DNA from: Vicugna vicugna
Taxonomy: Eukaryota
Assembly (NCBI GenBank): GCA_013265495.1
Contig: MU058384.1
Coordinates: forward strand, 3,199,010 to 3,263,009
Length of the DNA stretch: 64,000 bases
Reading direction: 5' to 3'
Positions 22,251 to 35,399 of the stretch are shown here, piece after piece. Under the pieces are notes generated by a model. It saw only the letters and a list, made by a program, of their open reading frames with translations. It did no database searches and was not told the origin of the DNA. Made by a program: the position numbers and the translations under genes. Position 1 is the first letter of the stretch, and each line of letters starts with the position of its first letter.

Positions 22251-25200
22251 ACTTATGTATGTATGTGTATATGTTTTTATGTATGGATGTATGTAATTTG
22301 GGCAGGGTATATCAGGCAAGTGGGGGGAGTGAAGTTGAAGTACTGATGGAGAGGGGGCTAGACACAGAGGAAGACAGGTTACTGCTCTCTAGAGATGAGA
22401 ACATGTGAGCAACAGCTCTGACCTGCTCTTGGAAGAGGGAAGGATTAGAAAAAAAAAAACTGCTGTTGAATATCTGACTGAACATCCATTAGTTTCACCC
22501 TAAATACTATTCTTATGAAAATAGCAAAGCAGTGCATGCAGGATGTTTTTACCTTTTGGTTTATAGATGTTCAAATATTGTATTTAAGTCAGAACAATTT
22601 TTTGTTTCTCTTCAAAATGAACATTGGAAAGAGAAAAATTAGGATTATGTTTTTTCTTTTATAAGATGAAAACTTGCCTTTTCTCTCCATTTGTCTACTA
22701 AGACTTTCTCCAATGTTTCATCATTATAAATCCCCTTGAATAAATAATTGGGTTTATACTGCTCTCTTTGTGCCTAGGGTTGCTTTCTTATCTACTTGCT
22801 GAAAATTATATTTTTTTGATAGCAAAGAGGAACATTTTTCCATGAAATAAGGAAGATTTGGGAGGCAGATGTATCTGCTGTGCCATAAGTTCTTTCCAAG
22901 ATTCTGGAGGTGCTGCAGTAGACAATGTTGGTAAAGTTCTGGGTCTTCCAGAGTTTATAAGCTTGGTGTTATGATTATCAAAAACCAGTATTTCCTTAAG
23001 GAAAGTGTTGGTTTATGTTTCTTACTGAATTTTGTGTTGGAAACTTAGTATTCTACTAATTAGATCTCTATGTAGAAGGTTACGGTAAGTCTTTACTAAA
23101 AAATCTTTTCTTAAAAAATCTTTTCTAATTTGTCATTTATTTGCATTTAAATTTTGATTACTTTGTCATTGTTGCTTTCCTTTTTGTTGTCTTTTTCCCC
23201 TTTATGTTCATTAGACTTTTTTTTCTTGTATTGAATTTCTTTTGGTTACTTTTTTTAAGGCTTAGAGAATTGACAGCTACGTGTAGTTATACCCATGAAT
23301 TAGTTTATTTCCAATTGCTTTCATGCTTTAGCAAGGCCCCTGCACCCAGAAATTGATAACCACTGATCTTTTATATTAGTAATTATATAATGTGACTCAG
23401 TAACAGTGACAATTATTAACCAAGGGCCAAACTTAACCTTTTAAAAATTGTCATATTTAATCCTAAAACACTCTTCAGGTAGCTACAGTAATTGTCCCCA
23501 TTTTATGAATGAACTGCAATTTATGGATGAGGATTAGAGAAGCAAATATCTTGCCCCAATCTTAATAGGCTGAGAATTGTTTCAGAGTACGGTGTCAGGT
23601 GAGAACCAAAATTGATTATTTTCCCTTTATAATTAACCATACTTCCCCAAATGATGTATTGGTTCTCTCTTCCCTTTCTCATTAGTGAGGCTGTTTCTGT
23701 AACACAGGAAGCATTTCCATGCCGTGAGGACTTTGTGTAGAGTGTGGAATTTTGCATTTGTAGGAAGCACATTGACTATACTCCTTCTGCTTTATTTTGC
23801 TTTGTTTTGTTGTTCTTTGATCTGGGGAATAAAAAAAAAACATGGTTAAAAATATTTTTTTAATAAAAATTCCCTACTTGTTTCCTTTTTTACCTCCTCT
23901 CTTTGAGACCTTTAATGTAACTTCTAGGTATAAAAACTGCCTTCAGGCTTAACTACTTTAGGAAGAAAACTAATGCACATAATTATTTAGGTAAATTTTG
24001 TTGGTTCTGTTTTCCAAGGATGATTTTGGACTAAACAGATACTGTTGGGTTCTTGAATTTCAACTCTCCTACTTCTGACCCAATTTAGAAATATCTAGAA
24101 AATTAGTTGTGTGGTGGAAGGTATTTTGCCAAGATTTCCAAGCAGAGTTAAGACTCACTCTAATTTCTACTCTTTCCCAAGGACAGTCTAGTGAACTTGA
24201 GGCAGCTTTCTGCGGATGACTAGTTTAAATGACCCAGTCGTGCCTCCCGGCTCAAGCCTCCACCTCCTTTTAGGTCTATTAATCTTCAGCCAAAACAAAA
24301 CTACTGCCATGGAAGAGAAGTTCGCAATGAGAAGCTCATGACAGCCTTGAAAAGAGGCAGCTGAGGGTGTATTTCCCCTCAGAAAAACTTGAGGATGTTT
24401 CTGAAACTAATAGAAATATTTTGCACCCGTTCCCAAAAGAACCTGTATAACACCTAGTTTTGGTTTTTGTGGCACAACAGCTAAGAAAAGTCATTTTCAA
24501 CTATTTCTATAGCGTAAGTACCCCCCTTTGCTTTCCAGAAAGTTTGCTCTTTCTGGAAGTTAGAAGACTTTCAGATTTTTTAGGAGGTAATTGCTGTCCG
24601 TCAGCCCACCACAGGGAACCACGGGGGCCTTTGCTCCGGTTTTGCGGAAGCCTCTCACACCTCGAATGCACGTTGAACTTTAGCCCTAATTCCACACCAA
24701 TCTACATACAAATAATTTAACACTTGATTAAAACAACAACAACAAAACGAGATCTCTTAAATCTTTCATTTAAAAAAATAGCTTGTTGCGGAAATCCGAG
24801 GAAGTAGAGACGTTGAATCTCAATTTCTTGTTTGCTTAGGGCTTTACATGTATCACCACCAACCAGCTTGTAAATTTCGGTCAATCTCCGAACCAGCCTT
24901 TTAAAGGAGCTGAAAAATGTCCCTGTGCCCTCAAAGGACACACCTGTTATCTGAGACAGTTTTTAACTGGCTTGTTAAGCTGCTTTGACAGATCAAAGAC
25001 CCCAGACAATGGACACAAACTTTAACAATAGTCTAGCCTTGAGCAAAAGGTTCCGTCAAACCAGGCTTGTGCCCATGGCAATATGGCCGGCAATTGAAAA
25101 TAAATTTTACTTGAATAAGTACCTCAGCCGATCAGAGGCACTACTGCTGCTGAAACAAAAGCAGTTGAGGATAAGTTATTGACTCCACTGACAGCCTGAA

Positions 25201-25867
25201 TGAACTTCATTATGCTAGCCCACTCTTGCTAAATGTGTCAGGTTTTAAACTGAATTAGGTGGCAGGTGCATGGACCATTTTCCTGCCCCCCTTGAGACAG
25301 CAGACAGCCAATCATCACCTGATTCTACAGACAAATGTTTAGATTTGTTTTTCATATTGCACAGCCATAAGTGAAAGCATATTTAAATCATTTTTTCCTT
25401 ACCCACCACCACCACTGGGTTATGTTCCCGTGAGCAGGTCACACCCACACTTTGGTGTAAGAGGATCCACAAAGGTCTGGGACGCTACCCCCAGCCCTCC
25501 CCTCCTTCCAAGGCACAGATTTCAGGGATGATCTGGATTCTTCACTTGAGGTTATTGGATTTCAGTTTCCAAACAGAAGCTCCTCTTCCGTTCTAGAAAA
25601 CTAAAATGCAAGGGCACACTTCCGAAATCTCTTCCATCTTAAGAAGTTTGAAAGGACGTCATCATGGATATTCCAATAGTTTTTAAGTAGAAAGATTAAG
25701 TTATCGATTGGCTTTTCAGTTGGGAGCTAGCATGCAGAACTCAGATATTTTCACCTATAAAAAAATATTTCCCACCAACAAACCTGTAGCCCCTGCCAGT
25801 GCCTCTGAGTTAAGCAGAGTCAGTAAAAACTGGCATTTTCCTTCTGTGTGTATCTGTTTTTCTGTCT

Positions 25868-25888
25868 GCCTATCTATCTATCTGTCTG

Positions 25889-25936
<48 letters not shown>
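25868..25936. repeat. (TCTA)n tetranucleotide microsatellite
   Basis: Long run of TCTA units with a few TCTG variants. Confidence 0.95.
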
Positions 25937-25937
<1 letters not shown>

Positions 25938-27434
25938 GCTTGTATTTTTGGCTCTAAAATATTTTGTTTTACGATCTCTCCTGGCCTATAAGGATAAATG
26001 CAAGGTCAGCTAAACTTCAGATTCTCTGATGCCAGCTCTCATTACTTAATCATGAGACATAGGACTATTAAGACTCCTAAAAAAATCCAGAGTTCCAACC
26101 AGAGAGGGAGAGCGTTGGCATATGCCTTTGGCTGTGTGCCTTATTAAGGTTAATGAGCAAGACTCTTTTCCTAAGTGTCTTAAAGCACTGAAAACTTTCC
26201 TCTCAGTAAAGTATCATCTTCTTCTTACTAAGGGTTCCATTACTCACTATAAATAACTATACTTTTTTTGACCTACATCTTGAATTGTAAAGTAGAATAA
26301 AGCCCAGAAATGGTCAGCACCCTCTCCTTCCCCAACATGCAAGAATAATAAGATTTTTTTAAAATCCCAGAATAAAACATCAAAGATGTATCAATCCCGT
26401 CACTGCTGTCCTTTCAATGATGTCTATGCATAAGCTGGCTCAAATCTCCAAAGGAACTTTATTCAGTTCTGGGCTGTATTTATCTTACAATATTGTTTTG
26501 CTGGAGTCAGTGGCTTATTGTTTGCATTTTCATAGAAAGATAGATTCAAATTTTTTCACCTTTAGCAAAACATCCATGTTCCATAATTTATGTGCGTCTG
26601 AAACTGGATGAGACGTACTACCCAGGAATACAAAATTGGTTTTCCTTTAGAGCTACCTACAGGCTACCCCCAGTTGACACAGGGAGGGGTTCGACAGTGG
26701 CGCTCACTTGCTGGAGCCCTTCCTCCCCCGACCACAGCAGATGGTGTTTCATAGTTGGTCACAAATGGCTGTCAGCGAGTGTTTGTCTGCCTGCCAGTAA
26801 CCTGTGGTTCAGGGACTCCCTGGGAGAGTGTACCAGCTCTGACTCTGCTGATAACAGCATCTGAGAAAATGATCTGTCCTTTCTTGTCAGGCACAAAATT
26901 AGCCATCTCACATTCAAACTGTAGACAAGGGGGATATGAAAGAAAACGGGCTGTGCCAGTCCAGCTGATGCTTCCTCCACTCTGGTTCTATGGACCCAAT
27001 GCAGTCAAGTCCAAAAGCAGACAATGGTGTTGCCACCAATAGCTGGTGTTGGAGCAACCCCAGTTCTGGTACCAGCATTTCCTGCAGTGACTGGCTGGAA
27101 CTCTCCACTGAGCTAGTTCTCATCTTTAGAGCAGCAGGTATTTTCTCACCCCAGGGCTTCAGTCAGACTTCAGAGGGCTGTGACCTTGAGTGGCATGACC
27201 TCTGATGAAGTGGGAGGAAGAACAGAGAGTGGTAAAGGGTCTGGGCACCACCCCCAGCTGGAAGGCATGGTGCCCGCCTGAATGCCTTTGTTGATGCAAA
27301 CAGCCCTGCAGAGTCCAAGAGGCAGCCACTGATGAACCAAAGCAGGAGAGGACAAGGGAAGAGAAAAAAACAAGAATGAGAGAGAAAGGAGGGGGAGAAG
27401 CAAGAAGGGAGCTAGCCAAATATTGGGAAGAAAC

Positions 27435-27860
27435 TAATATTTGCTAAGAATCTGTTATGGGCCAGGCATAGGCTGCTGCTGGAGATGCATCACATGTGTA
27501 ATCCTCCCAGCAAATTCATAAATTGGGTACCATCATCCTTACTCTAGAGATGAGGAAAGGATGTGACTAACTTCCCTGCGGCCACAAAGCTAGAAAGTGA
27601 CAGAACCAACATTCCAAATCTGGCCAATGCATTGGAGGTTCAGAGACTAGTCTAGGGCTGGGTTCCTGACGTAAAACCTAGCTTTGTTACCTATAGGCTG
27701 TGTAAACTTGGGCAACTTCCTTAACTGCTCACTGCCTCAGTTTCCCCATTTGTAAGGTGGGGCTATTCATACCTATCTCGTCAAGTCATTGTAGAGTAAG
27801 AAATATGTTAATATACAAGAACTTGGAGCAGTACTTAGACAGTAATAAGCACTCTACTAG
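27435..27860. mobile_element. Two adjacent MIR copies in opposite orientation
   Basis: 27435-27620: TATGGGCCAGGCA..TAATCCTCCCAGCAA..AGATGAGGAAA. 27650-27860: GCTGTGTAAACTTGGGCAACTTCCTTAAC..TGCCTCAGTTTCCCCATTTGTAAG. Confidence 0.7.
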
Positions 27861-28835
27861 TGTTTGTTTTTATTCTTTATTGCTTTTGTGTTTTTCAAGT
27901 ATTTATTTTAGTGTTTGGTAAATAATCTTTTTAGAATCCTCTCTGTAGCAAAATATTTTTTTCAATGCTCTTACATTTCAGGCTCCTGCTTATTTTCTTG
28001 TCTGTTTTTTAAGTAGATAAATCTAAATACTAAGGCTGTATTATCAATTTTGTGTATAGGTGTGGAAAAAACAGCAACTTTTTTATCAGGAAGAGGCTGA
28101 GTCTTATTCTTAGCTGTGTAATCCTAGGCAGGTTACTAAACACACTCGTCTATATAATGAAAAATGCTTACCAATTTATGGAACAATTTTGACTAAATGA
28201 GAAAGGCTTATAGCATGTCTAGCACGTAATAAGTATTCTATAACTGTAGTTATTTTACTTAATAACCAAACAATGGTTTATATTGTGTAACTGTAAGTGT
28301 CAACTCTAACGTGGGCTATAGACATTATACTGGAATATCTGGGGTGTGTACGTAGCTTGACAAGGCAGCCCTAAATGTAGCTCTTTTTTCTTCTGTGACA
28401 TTTAACTCCCTCTGAAGCAATATTCTGGGTAATGCACCAACTGCCGTAACCGTTTTGTCTGGCAAAGGTTTCTTCACCTTAAACTGTGCCCCTGCGGCTC
28501 TGAGCGAGGGGGTGCTCCGGCCCCAGGCAGCAGGGGAACGGGCTGCCTTTCCAATGGCACCAGCTCCCATCAGGTGCGGTCAGCACGGTGATTAAGGGGA
28601 ACATCCTTCTACCCCTGTAATCTCTCCAGGAGAAATGAGGGGAACCTCCTGCCAATTGTTAATGATAATGGTTTTATAATTCCAACACCACATTTCACCC
28701 AGGAGGATCCCAAATGCTTTACAGATCCGCAAATATCTTCACCCACTCTGCCTGTAGGCGTTTGGCAGAGTAAGCTTGGAACACAGCCACCGTGGGGAGT
28801 ATTACCCTCCTATTTTAAAAATGTGTAAAAAAAAA

Positions 28836-28886
28836 TATATATATATAGGTGTGTATATGTATATATATATATATATATAATATATG
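28836..28886. repeat. (TA)n-rich simple repeat
   Basis: ATATATATATAT...GTATATATATATATATATATA. Confidence 0.85.
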
Positions 28887-29239
28887 TAACTATAAAATGT
28901 AGGAATGTAAATGCTTTCCTTATATGTTTTGCTTAGTATTTAAAAGCAGAGTGAGAGCAAGAGAAAAGAGGAAGATTTGTGCGTTATTAAAAACTTACTC
29001 ATTTTACCACTTCTTTAAGTATGGAACTTCCAAGTGAGCATAAGCTTATGTTTGCAAGTCATTCATTCCTGAAGAGAGGGGCTTAGGGACAACAGCTCTT
29101 AAACTTAAAGCACTCACTAAAAAGAACAGAAGGCAGCTCTAAATTATGAAGTAAATTGTGGAGAAATCTATGGGAGACTTCTGAAAATACTCTTTATGTG
29201 CAGCTTTTTCATGCAGTCATACTTCTTTTTCAGACTACC

Positions 29240-30270
29240 TACGACTGAGTAACAACCTATCCTCAAATCTGGTGGCTTAACGTAACAACCATTTAATTAT
29301 ATCCCATGATTTTGTATATCAGGCATTTGGGAAGAACATGATTGGGCACTTTTTCCCCCCACTTTTTTTCTATTTTTATTTATTTATTTATTTATTTATT
29401 TATCAATCTATCTACTTATTTATTTATTTTTATTTGAAGTATATTTGATTTATAATGTTTCAGATATATAGCAAAGTGATTCAGTTATATATATGTGTGT
29501 ATATATATATTCTTTTCCTGATTCACTTGTATATAGGATTATAGGTTATTACAAGATATTGAATATAATTCCCTGTGCTATATAGTAGGTCCTGTTGTTT
29601 ATCTATTTTATATACAGGAATGTGTCTGTAGGTCTTGAACTCTTAATTTATCCCCTCCCACCCCTTTTCTCCCCAGGTAACAACCGTAAGTTTGTTTTCT
29701 TTGTGAGTCTGCTTCTGTTTTGTAAATAAGTTAATTTGTGTCCTTTTTTCTAGATTCCACTTTTAAGTGATACCATACGGTCCTTGTCTTCTTATCTATT
29801 TTATATATAGTAGTGTGTATTTGTTAATTGATTGGGCACTTCTGCTCCATGTGGCATTGACTAAGGGCCTTTCTTTGTCGTTTAGCTGGTGGCTTGGACT
29901 GTCTGGAGGGTTAAAAACAGTCTTACTCTCATACTTGGAGTCTTGGCCAAAAAGGGTGGGAAACTGGGAGCTTTAAGGTCCCTCACCATGTTGTGTCAGG
30001 ACCTTGTCGTGTAGTTTCTCCAGTAGAGTACCAGAATTTCTTCCCTGGAGGCTCAGATGACCAACAAGGGCCAAGAGCAAGTGTTCCAAGAGAGACAAAT
30101 GAAAGCTGCCAGTCTCCTATGGCTTGGGCCGCGAATTGTCACTTCCACTGTATTTTGTTGGTCAAAGAAGTGGTGACCCACTTAGATACAAGGGAATAAG
30201 ACCAAGACCTCAGCTTTCAATGGGAGGAGTGTCAAAGACTTTGCGTCTTTTTGTTTTTAACTGGCCACAC
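29240..30270 (-). mobile_element. MLT1-type LTR interrupted by an L1 insertion
   Basis: GTAACAA..CCTCAAATCTGGTGGCTTAA..CAACCATTT (29248-29338) resumes at 29842 (CTGCTCCATGTGGCATTGACT..GCTGG..TCACTTCCACTGTATTTTGTTGGTCAAAG..GGGAGGAGTGTCAAAG). Confidence 0.7.
29352..29828 (-). mobile_element. L1 3' end nested in the MLT1, with 13-bp TSD
   Basis: (TTTA)n tail, GCAAAGTGATTCAGTTATA, CCCTGTGCTATATAGTAGGTCC, TAGATTCCAC. TSD TGATTGGGCACTT at 29339-29351 and 29829-29841. Confidence 0.85.
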
Positions 30271-31614
30271 TTCAGTTGAATAAAAGCAGTTGGAGGCAGA
30301 AATGAATTACGAGAGATCTTTGTGCTTTGTTCAGTGCTTATTCTAGGAAGGCATTCTGTTAACTTAAACAACTTTGTACTTCAGCTTTTTTACAGTGCCA
30401 AGTTCAGTGTAAATACCACAAAAGCTTGGAACATGGATTCTCAAGGGCTTTTCTAGGAATCTGTTAGCTGAACCCAGCTACTATAAGGGACATGTTCTCT
30501 AGGTATTTCATTCAATTCAAACTGTAATGCTTAAAGAGATGAGAAAACAATGGGCAAAAATTTTCCCTCAGGAACAAGAAGAGTCCGAAAATGAGAATGG
30601 AAGGGAAAATTTTGCCATTGGATTTCTTCTCTTTATTCCCAGGACTGACCTGCCCTGAGTGTGTGGCTTTCCGGACCTACTGATAGCAGCAACAAAAATG
30701 GACAACTAATGAAAGGGTAGTTCCTAATACTGGGGTGTCATTAAAACAAGCTGTTTGTAAAGTATTTGTATTTCTGTGTGTGCAGCTTTTGTTCTATTTG
30801 TTCTTTTTTCCTCAGTGTTTCCTTATTATCCTAAGTACCTCACCATTCCATTTCTGTCTAGCTCATTGCTTTATCTTAGATCTTACAAGTAAATACTTTA
30901 AACTTCTTTCCTGAAGCCCTGGACTTGTCTTACTGACTTTCTGCCGTTCCCATCTCATTAACCTCTAGCTTGTAATAATCCTTATCATATGCCTCCATGA
31001 TGTGAATTCCAAGCAAGGGATCATTGAGATGACCCTACATTGGAAGAAATGGGATTTATATTCTTTAGCATGACTTTGGCAATTACACAAGTCTTCCTGC
31101 ATGTAGTTTACAGTATTTCTACCTCACCACATGAATTGGTTAAATTTTCTTTTCTGTCCTCCAGCCTCTGTGTCTCTTGGGTTTATCTGCTTGGTGAAAG
31201 TGTACTTTCTACCTATCTACTCTCAAGTGCCTGGGAAATGTAGTTTTGGTGTTTCAACTGAAGAAGGCAGAATCCACAGTGATTGTAAAGGCAGATGATT
31301 TTAGGCAGCTATATACGACTGATGTCCAGTGTGGGCCACCTGTTGATTGTTAACAGCATATATTCCTCTTCTATACTTAGTCGTCCAAACAATAATAGTA
31401 GCAACCAGACACTTCAGCCTGATACAGCACAACCATCCCTCAAACGTGACAGTGCCATCACATTCTTTCTAAACTGGCAAGATTTAGTCTCATGATCTAC
31501 TATTTCCAGTATTTCTGGCTGATGTTTATTCCTCTGTAACAGTCACAATCTCATCTTAATTTTCTGTAATTTTTAATACTAGATTAACCACTGCCAACGC
31601 ACCCTATTTTTGAA

Positions 31615-31790
31615 TTTGAAGAAAATATAAGACATTGATCACTTGTAAAACTCATCATTATTAATGCTGTTCCACTTAAACAAAATAAGAAACACTGTCA
31701 TTAAACCATAACATGCCATTAGTTGTAAGATGCAGTCAAGTTTCTGAGATGTCAACTGTACAGAAATGTAGTGCATACATTTCATAAGTG
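31615..31790. mobile_element. MER104-like (TcMar) DNA transposon remnant
   Basis: TAAGACATTGATCACTTGTAAAACTCATCATTATT...ACATGCCATTAGTTGTAAGATGCA..TTTCTGAGATGTCAA resembles the MER104 consensus as I recall it. Confidence 0.5.
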
Positions 31791-32934
31791 TTAACATATG
31801 AAGAAATAAAATCAAGTTAAAAAGTGAAGGAAAAGGAAAATAATCAAATTTATATACATATTAATAAATATTGATACATGACACAGCAAGAAAAATGTCA
31901 GATACGACAGTCTTCATTTCTGCAAAATATCAAAGGTCATGGTTGGTGTTTGTACTTTCTTTTTCAACTACTCAGTCCATTATTTTTTTCTTTTCATTAA
32001 AAAAATTTCTTAATTCAACAGTAAAGTTATTCTGTTAAGTTGCTATTCAAGTTTCCAAGCAGTAACTCTCAGTTTCCATACTTTTCTTGCAGAGTGGTAA
32101 CACCCATTCATGGATCTGCTTGGGGCTGGAGAACACACTTGGAAGAGTGCTGCTCTGTTTCAGCTCTGTTGGTTCCTTGCGGTTGCATATTATTTGAGCC
32201 ATGAATCTTATTGTTTTATGGACTTGTTTCTACTTACTGGCATGATCTCTTCATTCCACGATTTTGGTGCACAGTAAATATTCTGCCTAGGCAAGATTTG
32301 TACCCAGGTGGTGATGCAGGCCTGCATTCATGAGGCAACTGAACTCAGAATGGTTTTGCAGCATGGCGCTAGTTTTTCATTCATTTTTATCACTGGGAGC
32401 ACCTCTGAGTTCCAGAGGTGGATAATTACTGCCTGGAATTTTAAAAATTACGTATAATAGAGCAACACAGCCTGTGGTGACTTCCTTACCTTTGAGGCAG
32501 GGGACGTCCCTTCAGCCTCCTCATACTTGTATTGTGATAAAGAAGGTCCATTCTGTCAGGAGATGCAAACTTTCAGCAGCCTAGGCCTATGTCTTGAGAA
32601 ATCATTTTTGGTTTACTCATTTACATCACAGAGAAGGTTAAGACATCTATTTCATTAACTCAAGAATTTTAAAAACTCCCTGTTTTCAGGACATTTGTAA
32701 TCTAGTAGAAAAGAATGATGAACAAAATTATCGTGTAAATCAAATCCATGCATATTGGTGCATTCAGAGATAAATTTATGTAGGAAATACAACATGAGAA
32801 TGATTAATAATGAGTAACATATTTATAGAGTTTATGGTGTACAAGGCAGCTAAAAAGTAGCTTTTAAACTTTGAATTGCTATTGTACTGAGTACAAAGTA
32901 CTGTCTGAAACTAAAGTATTTAGCACTTGTAATA

Positions 32935-33160
32935 ATAGCTAATATTTATTTTATTACTTACAATATGACAGGCTGACAATGATAAGCTATGGCAGGCTAA
33001 GTACTTAACACATAATAATTCATTGATAATAGTACTATTATTTTCCCCATTATTATACTCATTTTACAGATGAGAAAATCAAGGCAAAAGCTACTAAGTG
33101 GTAGAGGCAGAAAGTAAACCAAGACTGCCTGGTTCAAAGGAGCATGTTCTTAACCATTTC
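32935..33160 (-). mobile_element. MIR SINE
   Basis: AATAGCTAATATTTATT...CATTTTACAGATGAGAAAATCAAGGC..AGCTACTAAGTGGTAGAGGCAG..CATGTTCTTAACCA. Confidence 0.75.
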
Positions 33161-34859
33161 AAAATATCATCTCTCTAGTAAATATTCATTATAGATTTAG
33201 TCATCAAACGAATGAATCAATCCATAATCCACTAATGAATGAGTTAACAAAACAATGAATGTGCAACGAAAAACAAATGGAGAGATCCAGAAATCATTTA
33301 GTTGATTTCATTTTAAAATACACACCATAGATATTTTGAGGTTAAAGAGCATACCTTGACTTTAGGGACAGGACTACATGGTTTGGTTAATCCATTGTTC
33401 ACATAAATAAAAAACAACCACAATTTCCCTCATTTTGTGTGTCTCAAACACAGAAAGTGATAAAGCCTCCTGCGAGAAACTAGCTTCCTCCCAATATTTG
33501 CTTCTCTTAGCAGAATGAATTCAGATTTTGGCACTTATCCATAATTATTTGCAATTCTTTGGCCAAATGCTATGAAGGAGAATAAAACTTTCATCTTTGA
33601 GATTTGGTATCCTTCCTAATTAACATGAGTACATATAAGGATACTAATTAGACTGATATAAAACTGATGGCAATGCCAAAGAGCATAAGTATTGATACTT
33701 AATAGCATCCGATGAAAGAAAATAATGAGTCAGAATGATTCTCAGAGCAGAGCATACAGAGCTATTAAAAAACTTGTTCATGTAAATGAGGGTTGATTAG
33801 TTTAAGCCATTGCTATGAAATTTAGACTGATCCATTTACATTAATTTAGTTTCTCATACTTTTTTGTAATAAATAGGATATTTTTGTATTTAATTTTTAA
33901 AAATAGTTAAATTTCTTACCTATAATTATTTCATTTTTATAAGTGGGGAGAAAAGTGGGTCCATATGAAGCTAAATTTTTCTGGGCATCCATGAAAAAAA
34001 AATTTAACTTAAAGTTTATTTTATGAGAATATAAGCCAGATGTTCTTGGCTGCTTATAAGCATTTCGAGTTATGCTTATTCACAGAAGTTCAATACCAGG
34101 AAGAACAATCAAGTGATTCTTGAGGTCGGAGTATTGAGTTAGTAACCGTCTTAAATGTAAATCAGTCAGTTTGTTTGTTGGGAAATAAAAGGTCTTAGAA
34201 TACTAACATTAAAAATTAAAACATACAAGTAGACACACAAGTAGACATTAGAGAAACACTGATAAGAAAGCAAATATGGGAATAAAACTCCACTCGATGT
34301 CTTAAGTGATCTCAAAACATACTTCCTAAGCAACTGCTAGCTTAAATCCTTAGACTAAACCCATCTTTCCTTTTAGTCATTTCAATCGAGGAATGAAAAG
34401 TCTATTTTTGTGTAAGTTATTGAGACTATCAGCAAACATTTATTGGATAACTAGATGAATATCTAATATTCTAAGAAGTTCAAAAAGCTTTTTAAAATTG
34501 AATATTAAATCACTGATTCAATAGTTTGAGTTTATGACATTAAGTAATTATTCTGACTCTTTTTTCCCACCAACTAGAAGCTTCAGCAGTAATAGATATG
34601 AACATTAACCACTAGATACATGCTCACATTTTATTCTTCAGCTCTAAATAGTTGAAATAAAATGTGACTTTAAAAATTGATTACATATAATATTTTAAAG
34701 CTCTGAAAATGAAGTTCATTCATTTAGAAAATTGAGCTATACAGAAATCTCTTTAAAACAAAGCAAAATATCAGGCAAGATTCCAAAGAAAATCACGACT
34801 ATCACTTTGATAAACATTTCCAAAGCTCTATGCACACAATGCATATAACAAAAGGATCA

Positions 34860-35300
34860 TTTTTGGAAATTTATTTTCTAATTATTTTTTGCTGATCATA
34901 AAAATGCAATTGGTTTTTGTATATTGATCTTATAGTCCTCATATTAAATTAACCTGTTAATTCTTATAATTTGTCTATGGATTATACTGCTTTATTCATG
35001 TAGAATTCAGTGAGTTAAGACAACTTAACCTTTTCTTTACACATCTTTACATCTTTTTACTTTTTTTCTTATGTCATCTATGACCTAAGGTTCAATGTTG
35101 AATGAAAATGGTGATATCAGACATCATTTTCCTAATGCTGATTTTAAATGCTTCAAATATTTCACATCTAGAAAAATATTTGCCATTTTTAACAATTATG
35201 TATAGACATTAAATTTATCAGACGGTTTTCTCTACACCTATACATATTGTCTTCCTTCTTTAATCTTACGAATGGGTGTTCTAATGTTAAATGCATTTGC
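34860..35300 (-). mobile_element. Old L1 ORF2-region remnant
   Basis: AAATGCAATTGGTTTTTGTATATTGATCTTATA; CAATGTTGAATGAAAATGGTGATATCAGACATC. Confidence 0.6.
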
Positions 35301-35399
35301 ATTTTAATAATGTTTGTTACTTGATGAGTCAATTATCATTATAAAGTTAGATTTTCTTAACATTAACACAAATTATTTCATAATTCTATCACATAGATT

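Noticed and set aside
25708..26013. ORF with LSIY repeats
   Set aside because: Translation of the (TCTA)n microsatellite.
28578..28600. TCAGCACGG as a REST/RE1 site
   Set aside because: Only a partial left half-site; the GGACAG right half is missing.
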